Source: Octopus bimaculoides (lineage: Eukaryota). Taken from it: a stretch of 38,619 bases of DNA. Below the pieces are notes generated by a model. That model saw only the letters and a list, made by a program, of their open reading frames with translations. It made no database searches and was not told where the DNA came from. Position 1 is the first letter of the stretch; each line of letters starts with the position of its first letter. Made by a program: the position numbers and the translations under genes. Of the stretch, positions 11,467-22,822 are shown piece after piece. The DNA is taken from assembly GCF_001194135.2 (NCBI RefSeq), contig NC_068981.1, forward strand, positions 69,679,914-69,718,532. Reading direction: 5' to 3'.

Positions 11467-12629
11467 TTGTCTACTACTACTTTAACATTTTTTAAACTTT
11501 ATAAACTTTCAAAACTTCTGAACATTTGAAATTTGGAAATTCGGAGAAAAAAGAAAATTCTGGATTTTCTCAAACGAGGATTTCGAAAGACCTCTTCACT
11601 GTTCACTGTTCAAATAATTTTTTTTTAATATATATTTAAAGAACTCTTTTTTTATTAAAAATAGAATGAAAATTTTAAAAGTATTTTAAAATAACTTTTT
11701 CTCGTTTTTTTTTTCTTTTTTCGTTTCCTCATTCTTCAATTTTGAGTTTCCACATTTTCTATTTTCTCAGTACTCCTTTCTTTCTACTCTACCATCTTTC
11801 ATACTTAGTCTTTGTTTCCCCATCTATAAACCGCTACACTCCTCCCACAAGTACCACATTCTACTTCTACCTGTTTATTCTTTCCTCCTAGCTCAACTTT
11901 ACTCCCCTTAGCATAGCACCCCGACTCATAATCCTACTATGCTGTTACCCTGTCACATCTCTCTTTATTAGACCACGAACATGTTGCCTGAGATACACCA
12001 GGCTTTTATCGTGCTATAAATATTTGTAGGCAAACGCACTGTATTTCTTCCATTCATTTCCAAGTGAATCTACAAAATTACCTACAACTGAGTTATTATA
12101 GTTTATCACTCACCTAAATTGTATACTGCATCTAGCTCTCTGATAATTATTAGCGTGTGTCACATACCCAAATCCCACTCATACAATTTCTCGTCAGGAT
12201 CTACAAGATCCTGGAGTTAATTCCTGTGAAGCCGAAAAATAAAGTAAATTATTTAAGTTTTCATTTATTATGTAAGTCTTGCTCCTGTCTTTAACCATTG
12301 CAGAACTCCCTGAGCAACATAAATTCAATGCAGGCTCATTCTTTATCGAGACAACCACTTATACAAAAAATATTTAAAATGTTTAAACACGGACCGTGTG
12401 TGCGAGAGGGATACGGCAAAGTTCTTCTAACTACATGTACAACCAGCTACTTAAAGTTGAATATATTTAAAATACTCCTGATTATAGTTATATCTAAAAT
12501 ACTCACGGTAGAGTGTTAACATGGAAATTTTGAATGAAGCACCAAAAAGGTCAGACTGCTGCTCCTGCTCGTAATGTAGCTATTACTAATGAAAGCACTG
12601 CTGCTTTTGCCTGGAATACAGCTGCTGCC

Positions 12630-12630
<1 letters not shown>

Positions 12631-12678
<48 letters not shown>

Positions 12679-12688
12679 CACCACCACC

Positions 12689-12738
<50 letters not shown>
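12631..12738. repeat. Compound trinucleotide microsatellite (TAC)13(CAC)10(TAC)13
   Basis: Counted from sequence. Confidence 0.95.
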
Positions 12739-13267
12739 CACTACTATTTTATGCCGACTTCCGTTTTATTAATTTATTTGACAAAATACATTTGATATAT
12801 AATCTTCATTCACAACAAAATTGCATACTTCTATCAAATGTTTCAATTGATTTTTTTTTTTCGATGTTAATATTGCAAATTATATTTCCATCTTATGTTG
12901 ATATAATATTCATTATGTTTCTTCCATTCCGACTTTAACTTGTATACATGCATTTTCAGCATTTTACCAATAATCAATTTAACAATTTTCAACTGTTATT
13001 GAAACACATTTACTGTTTAATGGAAGTGATTATAGAAAGAAAACATTTAAATAAAAGAAAAGAAACGAATTATAATAGTAAATAAATACGATCAAAATTA
13101 CGAATTATATTCCACATTAAAATGTATTATAATCAGTATACTATATGAACACACGTGCACACAAGGCATGCAAGCGTTAACATACAAACACACTTACAAA
13201 AGAGAAAAAAATTCGAATACGGGACAACAAAAGTAATTGTTCAATGGTACAAGAATAAGAATAAGAA

Positions 13268-13348
13268 TACACACACACACACACACACACACATACACAC
13301 ACACACACACACACAAAAACACACACACACACACATATATATATATAT
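13268..13348. repeat. (AC)n/(AT)n microsatellite
   Basis: Direct reading. Confidence 0.95.
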
Positions 13349-13486
13349 GGGTATGTGTCTGTCTACACAGAAAACACACATGGACTCACTCGCACACAAA
13401 CATACAGACACTCATACACATAAATATATACATATATATATATATAGTTCAAAAAGACAATAACAAAAAAACAAAAAAACAACAAA

Positions 13487-14357
13487 GTGAGGACGTGATA
13501 TGGATAGTATTATTGGACGCTCAGGAAAGGAAAGAGAGAGTGTATGACGTTTCGGGCGTAGCCCTTCGTCGGAAAGATGGAAAGTTCGGAGAATGGAAGA
13601 ACGGAGAAAGAGGAAAATGGTACCGATGCCCACGAGGTTACATGATGATATATATATAGGAAAAGGAAAAAAGGGGCAGAATGCTAAACTGGAAGCATAT
13701 TTTAATAAAGATTTCTAAACTGGATGCATATTTTAATAAAGATTTCTCTAACCGGTTTTCATTGCGAAAGCAAATTATCAAGAAGAAGGAGAATGAAAAT
13801 GTTTGTTACAGAGAAGTACAAAATGAAGAAAATAATATATAAAACAATAATATATAAAAAAAAAATATATACCCATACATTATATTGTCTTTGAGCTTTT
13901 GAAGTTCAATAGTAGTTCATGTATATAGTGGTAGGAAAAATAAGGATGCATAAGAGTTGAGAGGTGTGTTAGGTTTTCAAAAGAGGGTTAAAAGTGTGTG
14001 TTAAGCAGGAAATGTGGTGTCAAAATTGGAAGTGTGTGTAAGGGGAGACAAATGTTTTTAGTTGGAGTTATGAACTCTTTTTTAACAGGAAGTTTATGTC
14101 TGTTCCTAGAGAAATAAGGTCACTGAGGGGTGTGTGTGTTAAGAGATGGTTGGAATTTCTCTATGAAAAGATTCTCCTTGTTGATTCTTTCTTGTGTGGA
14201 AATTCTGTCTTTACATTGATAGAAAGTGAATATAATGAATTTAGGGTTTTTGTTTCTGGCGCAAGAGTCTATGTGGCCACTGAGTGGAATTTGGCGGTAT
14301 TGAGGGAGATTTATTTGTTCCTTATGGACTGCTACTCTTCTACGCAAAAGTAATTGT
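13487..14357 (-). mobile_element. Penelope-like element 3' part: GIY-YIG endonuclease C-terminus (14120-14357) plus pyrimidine-rich 3' UTR with an HHR-like motif
   Basis: Minus strand reads RVAVHKEQINLPQYRQIPLSGHIDSC..KFIIFTFYQC..ERINKENLFIEKFQPSLN; E..FI.KF.P.LN is the typical PLE GIY-YIG C-terminal motif. The 5' side is cut by an N-gap (14358-14367) and (AT)n. The 3' boundary is approximate. Confidence 0.8.
13546..13572 (-). ncRNA. Minimal hammerhead-like motif, U4C core variant, stem I decayed
   Basis: Minus strand reads CCGACGA-a-GGGC tac GCCC-GAAAC-GTC, with the ACGT palindrome in place of stem III. Confidence 0.65.
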
Positions 14358-14367
14358 NNNNNNNNNN

Positions 14368-14427
<60 letters not shown>

Positions 14428-14908
14428 GCATACATAAATACATACATATATATATACACATGCACACAAACTTAGATTCATATATAGGTCAAAATGAAGA
14501 ATAATATAATATAGCCACTCTTGAAGCTGTCACCGATGAACATATCCAGCTCTCAGTAAATATGTTGCAAAAAATGAAAGCATGGAAATTCGTCCTAACA
14601 ATGCTTTATTCTTTGGTGATGAGTTTTTATCATGACACGTTGACTGATTTACATTCCGTTTGACTGTTTTAAAATATGCTTGTTTTTTAATGATTGTTTT
14701 AGGCTATATATATTTTATAGAAGTACGGGGGTGGTGTGGTTTTCCCCTTTATATTTCTACTTACTTTTTTTTTTCAAGTATTTTAGTTATATTTGTGGTT
14801 TTACCAATAGATATTAAATGTAAGATTGGAAGCAAAATATGATGTTCCCAGGTTTATATGAGAACACAGTTTTAGGATTTCTGAAGATTTTACTTTTCCA
14901 TTAATAAG

Positions 14909-17209
14909 TTGGCCACCCTGCATCCCGCATCAGTATACTTCACCTCAAGAATTTGTAAGCAGCAAACATAAGAATAGTTAATGACGAATGAAAGAATTGT
15001 TAGCGGCAAACTGGTGAGTTGTATTTTCAATGTTATATTTTTATTAATCATTCAATTTATTTTCTTGCTTCCTACTACATTATACTGAGCAAAGAAAAAA
15101 CAAAGTCGTATCAGCAAAAATTCCAAAAGGAATTCCTTATGATGCCAGCGTTTACTTAGTGGTTGTGTGAAGTACCTAGTGACCAATCTAAAGCACATTG
15201 CAGATATTTTAGATGTAATATGTTGGCAACATATTCTATTTTCGTAAGCCGCTGTGAAGCAGAGAAACATAAGGCATCAACTCCACAGCAAATGATTCCT
15301 CATTCCAATTTTATTTAAAAAAAAACATGATAAGACATCTATGCTTGAAGTAAATGTAGCAATGTTTATTTGTTGCCACTCATCATGTAATAGCTGTGAT
15401 CACTTAATAGAGTTTTATTTCTGATTGTGATATTTTATCCAAACTGAAGTTGCATCGTACAAAATGTGCAAATATTGTGAGAAATTTCTAGCTCCATATT
15501 TGATGGAGATTTGATTTCTGATAAAGGAAATAGAAATTTTAGCTTGCTATTAGATGAATCCAATGATATATCGATAAACAAGTTGTTAGGAAATGTTATC
15601 ATATATTATATTGACACTCACAAAAAGTGGTACATCCATATCTTTGTATGGCATCTTTAGAAACATGTGATGCAGATGGCATTGTAGATGTCTTAAAAAT
15701 TGAATTAGTGAAAATGAGTTTAGATATAAAAAAAATACTAGCTATAGGAACCGGCAATGCTAGAGTAATGATATGAGTCAAGAATGGTATTTTCCAGAAA
15801 TTAAAAGATGGTCCGTCATTACTTCTATTTATATGTCTATGTCATTTTTTTACAGTTGGCAGTATCCCACACTTGTGCTGAATGCTTGCCTATAAATTTA
15901 GAACTTTTAGTATCCGAATACTATAAATGGTCCTCTCATACGTCAACAAGACAATGTACCTACAAACAACTTTACCTTGCTATCGATGATAAAGAACTTT
16001 GGAAGACTGTAAATTCTTGAACAACTAGGTGGCTGTCAATAGAACCAGCGGTAAATAGAATTTCCAGCCAATGGTTTGAATTGCAAACTCACATCCAAAC
16101 TAAAACTACAAAAGAAACAAAAGCTAGCACAAACGTTACATGAGATGTTTTGTGATTCTAGGGATGAACTTTACCTTTTATTTTTGTATCTAATTTAAAT
16201 GTAAATAAATTGCTTGAATCAAACACTGTCAACAAAGCAATATTTCTTGATCTTTCAAATGTGATCAAATCTGCTGCTAATATGATAGTGTTGCCAACAT
16301 GTAGAAGTGATCGATTTGATCCGGATGCTTCTATTAAAATCTTTCTGGATCCTAAACCAAATTTAGTCTACAGGTTCCAGAGAAAGATAACAAAAAATGA
16401 TTATCAAGTAGACTGTAACAACTACTGAAGAAAATAATATTCGCAATAATTGTTACTCTGACTTTATAAAGAGCTCAAGTACTGTTTGCCTGGAAATATT
16501 AATATACTGAGGAATATGAAATTTTTTTTCAGTAGAGAATATTTTGCAGCATTTCAAATAGCCTATTTTTTCTGCCTTAGAGTTCATGCATTTAACTGAA
16601 GAAAAATTGATTCAATTGAAATTCAGTTTAATAGCATTCATTTAGTTAAATGGACAAATATGTCTAATACTGGGGTATTATTGCTGTAAGTCTTGGAATA
16701 TGAAAATGCTGCTGGAGGAAATCCTTTTAGAGATGTTGCAAATTTTGACATTAATCTATTGACATTGTCAAACTCACGTGTAGAAGTAGAACGGTTGTTC
16801 AGTAGTATGGGTGTAATCAGATCAAAATTGGAAAACAAAATGCATCTTCCTATGCTTAGGCCAATGCTGTCTATAAAATATGGCCTGAAAAGATATGGCA
16901 AATGTTGCAAAAACTTCGATGTTCCAAAACACATAACTAAGAATATTGGGACCGTGAACGTATACAGAAGTCAAGACCTAGGCATTGCACCCGGAAGTGA
17001 CCAAATCGGTGAGGTTCAAGAAATTATTTCTCAATGCTGAATATAATTAAAGAATGTAAACAAAAAATGTAAATAAACAATTAAGCTGTTTGATATAATT
17101 AGTGTTTAACAATTTTTGTCATATTTAGCATTTAAAAAAAAATTTTTTTTTTTACTATTTTTTCTATCGAAATATAGGATAACATTCTAATTTTAAGTTG
17201 GAAACACTG
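14909..17209 (+). mobile_element. Decayed hAT-superfamily DNA transposon (transposase pseudogene about 15085-17040)
   Basis: N-terminal YQQKFQKEFL..W..V.SDQSKAHCRY zinc-finger-like region; SLLLDESNDIS catalytic motif at about 15540-15575; C-terminal dimerisation motif SNSRVEVERLFSSMGVIRSKLENKM. Many stops and frameshifts. TIR-like TTGGAAACACTG at 17198-17209 and TTGGCCACCCTG at 14909-14920. Confidence 0.85.
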
Positions 17210-17304
17210 GATACAAAGGGTAAAGGGAATAGACTTCTGAAGAGAATAAAATGGAAATAGTTAGTTTTTATAATAAATAATACAGCAAATACACATCCAT
17301 CTGA

Positions 17305-17405
17305 CATCACATACATACATACATACATACTAACATACATACATACATTCATACATACCTACATACATACATGCATACATATATACATGCATACATGCAT
17401 ACATA
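17305..17405. repeat. (CATA)n microsatellite
   Basis: Direct reading. Confidence 0.93.
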
Positions 17406-17614
17406 TAATCGTACATACACACATGTACACAGACACACACACACAATCACATAATATGAAATCTTGGATTACCAAATTAGGAGATCGTAGTTTATGACGA
17501 TATGTCAAATATCATTTTAATGTGTATGGACATACTTGTGCAAATTCATGAACAAACTACCCATGTTTTTCAAGTACATGTACTATTAATTTTGTATTTG
17601 TGCAATTATTTATA

Positions 17615-17990
17615 CTAGTGGGATCCGTGAATATTTCACGGAATTAAAACTAGACCTATTGGGTTATTTCTGATAACTTTATTCCAAATGCTGATGGCGT
17701 AGACATGTTGACTGTATCGAAAGATAGTTGCTCATCAGCTACTCATTGAAAAGGGAAAGACATCGGAATACGATGATTACTTAATGCACTTAATATATAC
17801 ACTTTACATATTTTATGCACAATTTTATAGATTTAATACACAGCACTCATAGAATAAATATTCACTCTTAAGTTTCATTTTTTTGTCATAAACAAAAAAA
17901 ATTTTCTGTACATAACGATTCAACCTTTACTTAAATTGCATATATTCGCCACGTAAATGGGTGTGAATATTTCACGGAATTGCACTTCTG
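17615..17990 (-). mobile_element. Helitron-type 3' terminus of a non-autonomous element; 5' end not located
   Basis: Minus strand has an 8-bp hairpin (TCCGTGAA/TTCACGGA, 17624-17642), then a short spacer and CTAG followed by T (17615-17618). This is the canonical Helitron 3' signature. Confidence 0.6.
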
Positions 17991-18059
17991 CGCATGCGTT
18001 AAATGATAGGTAGTATAAACAAACTTGGTTCAATTTTTTAAAAATAACATTTTCACTAT

Positions 18060-18415
18060 CCAATCACCAACACTATCACCCCTCACTCCACCACCACCAC
18101 TACCACCACTATCATCATTTATGTCCCTCTCTCCTTCTTTCCTCCCTCACCCCTCTCTCTCACTCTCTAACCCCTCTCTCTCCTCTCTCACCCCTCACTC
18201 TCCTCTCTCCCCCCTCTCCCCCGTTTTCTGAGAGAGAAAGTGACAGAAGACGGTGAAGGTGAGAAAAACAGGATTAAAGAAAGGATGAGAGAGAAAACGA
18301 TAGGGAAGGGAACAATATAGAGTTGGAGTGGCGTCAAAAATATTACGATAAACTTACTTGGAAATGGATGCGTGGTGCTCAATCAAATAATAATATAAAT
18401 AATATACATACATAC

Positions 18416-18463
<48 letters not shown>

Positions 18464-18487
18464 GTGTATGTGTGTATGTGTGTGTGT
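18060..18487. repeat. C/T-rich low-complexity tract, G/A-rich tract and (TG)n
   Basis: Direct reading. Confidence 0.85.
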
Positions 18488-18595
18488 ACCTTCGTCTGGT
18501 GTAATGATCAACCATGTTTTTTTTTCACTCGTGTTCCTTGTATCTCTCTACTTTCCTGCTTTTCTTACCAGCTCTAACCCTCCATTATTATTATT

Positions 18596-19715
18596 TTATG
18601 TTTGACTTTTACTTTGCATTTGTACAAGTTGGTTCCAAGTCTCACCCAGAGACCACAAGAGACAACAAGTTAGAAGTTCATGTTGATATTATGCTTAGGG
18701 TGCCATATATTTGGCTTTGTGCATAGTGCTGTTGTAGAGAATATTCAAGAAACCATAAGAAAATTACGTGTTTGTTTTAAAATTTGAAATTACATAGACA
18801 GTATTTAAAGTAGGATATGGGCAGTTCCCACGAGCACTATCTTTTGAATTTCTGCCATTTTGGAGTTTCCTGGTATCTGAGCTAGGTAGCAACCAGCCCC
18901 TTTTGCTATAATTCCTAGGGAACCTATGACAACAGTTATTGTTTTAGTCTTGTGGTTCCACATTTTGCTAATTTCTATTTCAAGATCTTTATACTTGCTC
19001 AGTTTTTGGAAGGTCATGACAGATACATTTATATCGATTGGGACAGTCATATAAATGATGAGGCATGATTTTCGTCTGAAGTCTTTCAATATGATGTCTG
19101 GCCTATTTGCATCTATCTTTCTGTCAGTTTGAATGGTGAAGTACTAGAGGAGTGAGATGCGACCATTTTCAAGCACTGGAGGTGCTTTGTGTTCTCGCCA
19201 GTTTTTTTTTTATGATGGAGCATGTCCAGGTTTTTGCAAATTACCCAGTGAATATATTGTGCTGCTCTATCATGGCTGTGGAGACAATATGTAGGCGTTA
19301 GAAGACTGCATAAGGAGACAACATGATCAATGGTTTCATTTTGTTGTTGACATACACGACACGTTGGGAGGCTACCGTTTTTTAATATGTTAGCCTGGTA
19401 GTTCTTTGTAGGTAGGCATTGATCTTGGGCTGCTATGATAAACCTTTCTGTTTCTGATTTTAAGCCAGAAGCCATTAGCCATTGATGAGTAAGGGGTTTA
19501 TCAACATCGGCATCGTTTACTTTATTTGGGTATTTGGGAGTTTTTTCTAATCATTTATCAGTCGGAATATCTCAGGCAGCAATTTTAGCATGGGTTTTCA
19601 TGCGCTTAGCTGTTTCTGTCTTTGTTTCTGATACGACTAATTCTGGAATTTGTTGTATTTGGAATTCACTTAGATATTCCTTTGCTTGTTTTGTTATTGA
19701 GTATAATGATTTTTT

Positions 19716-19716
<1 letters not shown>
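18596..19716 (-). mobile_element. 5'-truncated R4/Dong-clade RLE LINE with 3' UTR, flanked by TAA repeats
   Basis: Reads HQWLMASGLKSETERFIIAAQDQ; CRVCQQQNETIDHVVSLC (CCHC knuckle); RPDI..KLSKYKDL..VVIGSLG (PD-(D/E)xK RLE); stop at 18805. (TAA)4 at 18584-18595 follows the 3' end and about (TAA)26 at 19717-19795 precedes the 5' end. Confidence 0.92.

Positions 19717-19795
<79 letters not shown>
19717..19795. repeat. (TTA)n microsatellite, about 26 units
   Basis: Direct reading. Confidence 0.97.
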
Positions 19796-19799
<4 letters not shown>

Positions 19800-19869
19800 T
19801 CACTGCCTGGAAACGAACTCGGAATCTTCGGGTTAGTATCCCGCGCTCTTAACCACTACGCCATATGCC
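19796..19869 (-). mobile_element. Short tRNA-derived SINE-like element with (TAA)n tail
   Basis: Minus strand reads GGCATA-TGGCGTAGTGG (A box)...GAGTTCGTTTCC (B box)...GACCTG-(AAT)n. An anticodon-like arm (CGGG atactaa CCCG) survives, but the acceptor and T stems do not pair, so it is not a functional tRNA. Confidence 0.75.
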
Positions 19870-19873
19870 GGGG

Positions 19874-19993
19874 CTCATGAAGGCTGAAGAGTATATCAGC
19901 CGAAAAGTTGTGTTAACAACAAACAAGATGGGGACAAATATCCGCCAAATGTAAATAATGTACATAATATCCTCATCTCTCAAATATAGAACT
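19874..19993 (+). mobile_element. Single arm of the HHR-bearing repeat family also seen at 30695-30956 (decayed core)
   Basis: CTCATGA-a-GGCTG..CAGCC-GAAA-AGTT-GTGTT followed by AACAACAAACAAGATG..GACAAATATCCG..AAATGTAAATAATGTA..CCTCATCTCT, aligning with 30834-30956. Confidence 0.85.
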
Positions 19994-21914
19994 GTATTAA
20001 ATGCATCGGTTTACCATAAGCATTTTCTTTGAATAGCAAATACATAGCACTTTTAATTCCGAGATTGAATGTAAAACAAAATGTAGCATTGATTTGTAAT
20101 TATCTCCAAAATTACAGGAACCAAAACAAAATTGAAATATACTTTTAAAACAGGCAAAGAAAATTCTTTTAAATTAAAGGGGAGTAGAGACACGCTAAAA
20201 CCATATCATCAGCAATGCCTGTTAAATAATCCAGTATGCAATGATTTTACTATTCTTTGATGATGTGATTTCGTGCCGAGTTATCTTTATAATACTTTCT
20301 GAGATACAGTGTGTCTACATGAGTAATAAACATTTGAATTACTATTTATTTTACTGTTTTCTAAACTACATAGAACAGATGAAATATTCTACAATAAATT
20401 CATTTTTTTACATATATAAATGCAAATATTAAGCTTTAGGTATAACTTCTTTATATTATATTTAGCGTTGTATTCTGTAGATGAAATATATGACGATGAA
20501 TTTCCCGACGATTAGTATAACATGACAGAATTTCCCGACCATATATTGGTATATGATGTTATTAGCTTGCGTTAAAATTGTCAGCCAACGAAATTACAGA
20601 AGAGAGATTTATAACCATATAATTGCATAAATTTCATCCAATGTTGTCAAATATAATCATTACTCGTAATTTGTATGCAATCATGTATAAGTTTATATGT
20701 AAACATGCATGCAAAATTCTACGCACACACTCATAGACACATACGCTGATATCTATGTTATTGTCGATTTGTGTGACTGTGCTATTGTGTACATATGTGT
20801 GTGTATTTTTGTGTGGGGGTGGTGGCTGTCTGTACCTATGTGTATATATCTCTGCAGATATATTGTTTTATATACGTTACGGATACCCAATTTCTTAGAA
20901 ATATCTTTATCCTGTATAATGCGTTATTAGTTATTTGTGTTAATAATAAATTATCATCACTGACAGTATATAATCGAACAACAAATTCAGTGTTAGATTT
21001 AAAACCAGAGTAAATCTTCTGAAAGGAAAACTTTCATTTAAGTTTCCCTCCATTTCATTATAATTTCATTTCTTCAATTCTGTTTTGCTTCATTCATTTT
21101 ACTATGTTTTCACTTTTCATTCTTGTCTTATTTCTTTATTACGTTTATTTATGTTCCTACATATCAGGATTTTTTTAGATCAATACATGTATATTTATAT
21201 TACGTTGTATATGAGTGGATAAATGTACGTATATATTCAAATATAGCTATAATTATAAGTATCAGTTCCTTTTATGAGTGCTCTGTTTATAACTGTTTAA
21301 ACAACAATTAACTGTGTCTTTTGAGAGTTGATTGTGACAATGATATTCACCTCATTATTAAGCTGCAGAGCGCAAGCCCGGATGAGATCTCTCATTAAAT
21401 CTTTATTTTATTTAGAGTTTTGTTATTGATACCACATAGAAGACGTTGCTTTTCCAGTAATCAAAATGAGTGGAGCCTTGGTCAGGAGAAACCGATGTCA
21501 TCAGATGATATCCATTTATCAGTGTAATATTTAAGCCTTACCAAGTACACATCACTAAGAATGTCCAAGAGAGCCAAAATGCATCTGGTGTGCTCGATAT
21601 ACACCTCTGGGATGATCTTCGTCAATGTTTAAAACAAACGGTATTTCCATCTCCACTGCATTTCGCTTACGTCTTTGCTCTACACCATGTTTCATTGTGG
21701 TTATTAATTTGACTGACTAAATAAAATGAAGCTTGTAATATCATTGCTTATTTTATATTAATTATTGGTCTTTAACACCAATTGTCTTCCAAAACTCCTC
21801 TCTCTACGGTGAAAATCAAAATGTATTACTACATGGCTCCTGACGTCCTCCTTAAAAAAAACTTTTCTGTTGAAATAATTGTGTTAATGTGATATATTTA
21901 TTTAGGACCTTAAT

Positions 21915-22131
21915 CTGGCGGAATCGTTAGCATGCCGGGCAAAATGTATGATGGCATTTTGCCCGACGTTACGTTCTGAATTCAAATAAGCCTACGGTCG
22001 ACATCACCTTTCATATTTTCGGAGTCGACAAAATAAATAGCAGCTGAGCGTTGGGACTGATGTAATTGACTTTCCCCTTACTCCAAAATTGCTGCCCTTG
22101 TGCTAACATCTAAACTAATATAAATTATTAT
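21915..22131 (+). mobile_element. tRNA-derived SINE (family also at 30.0 and 36.9-37.5 kb; central domain resembles the Meta domain)
   Basis: CTGGCGGAATCGTTAGC head; CTGAATTCAAAT B-box-like; GTCGAC..CCTTTCAT..GTCGACAAAATAAATA core; ATT tail. Aligns with four other copies in the window. Confidence 0.8.
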
Positions 22132-22323
22132 TTTACTCATCCCTCCCCGCCAAAAAACGTGTGTGTGTGTGTGTGCGTGTGTGTGGGTGTGTGCGTGTGT
22201 GTGCGTGTGTGTGCGTGTGTGTGTGTATGGATAGATAAATGTAAGATGCAAGGATCGAGGTGTAAGAAGAAAATGAGGTTCAAGCAATCCATAGGAAATA
22301 TGAATAAACAAATTACAGGAACG

Positions 22324-22667
22324 ATAGCGGTTTATTTGTGCGAAAGGTTGTCAATTTCTCCTGAATCTTAGCACGATAAGGTGAAAAAGATTATTTTATA
22401 TTTCACGGTTGGTAGCCAGGGTTTCGGGCATGCAGATAAAAATCCAAAAGTTAAGAAATTGAATTGATAAAATCCAGGCTACATATGTTTCACAGCGAGT
22501 AGAACCTAGGAAGAAGTAAATATGCAAGCGTGGTGTGTACCGTAGTCTCCTGTTCAGGCCAATGGTATCTGAATTATATGAAGTTTATTTGTCGTTAGGA
22601 AGTCCATTTCAACAGTCACAGGATTCAATCAGAAAAAATTACAACCTTTCACACAAATAAACCACTA
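22324..22667. mobile_element. MITE-like element with about 33-bp imperfect terminal inverted repeats
   Basis: ATAGCGGTTTATTTGTGCGAAAGGTTGTCAATTT (22324-22357) versus the reverse complement of 22636-22667 (ATAGTGGTTATTTGTGTGAAAGGTTGTAATTT); non-coding interior. Confidence 0.6.
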
Positions 22668-22822
22668 TAATCTGTTTATTCATATTTCCTACGGATTGCT
22701 TGTAGCCCATTTTTTTCCTACAGCTCGATCTTTCAATCTTACCTACTTTCGAGTTTCCGCTGACAATGAAACATATGTAGCTCGGATTTTATCTACTCCA
22801 TTCCTTAACTTTTATATATACA

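Noticed and set aside
12185-12215. Hammerhead on the minus strand (hairpin followed by CTGACGA)
   Set aside because: No NUH triplet before the hairpin and no stem II/GAAA arrangement after the core.
12534-12938. ORFs with poly-L/P or poly-Y/H
   Set aside because: Produced by the TAC/CAC microsatellite, with no splice or homology support.
19796-19869. Functional tRNA gene
   Set aside because: Acceptor and T stems do not pair and it has a (TAA)n tail; treated as a SINE.
21490-21710. Protein-like open frames on both strands with a minus-strand GTAAGG donor
   Set aside because: No convincing acceptor or start codon, and no recognisable family.
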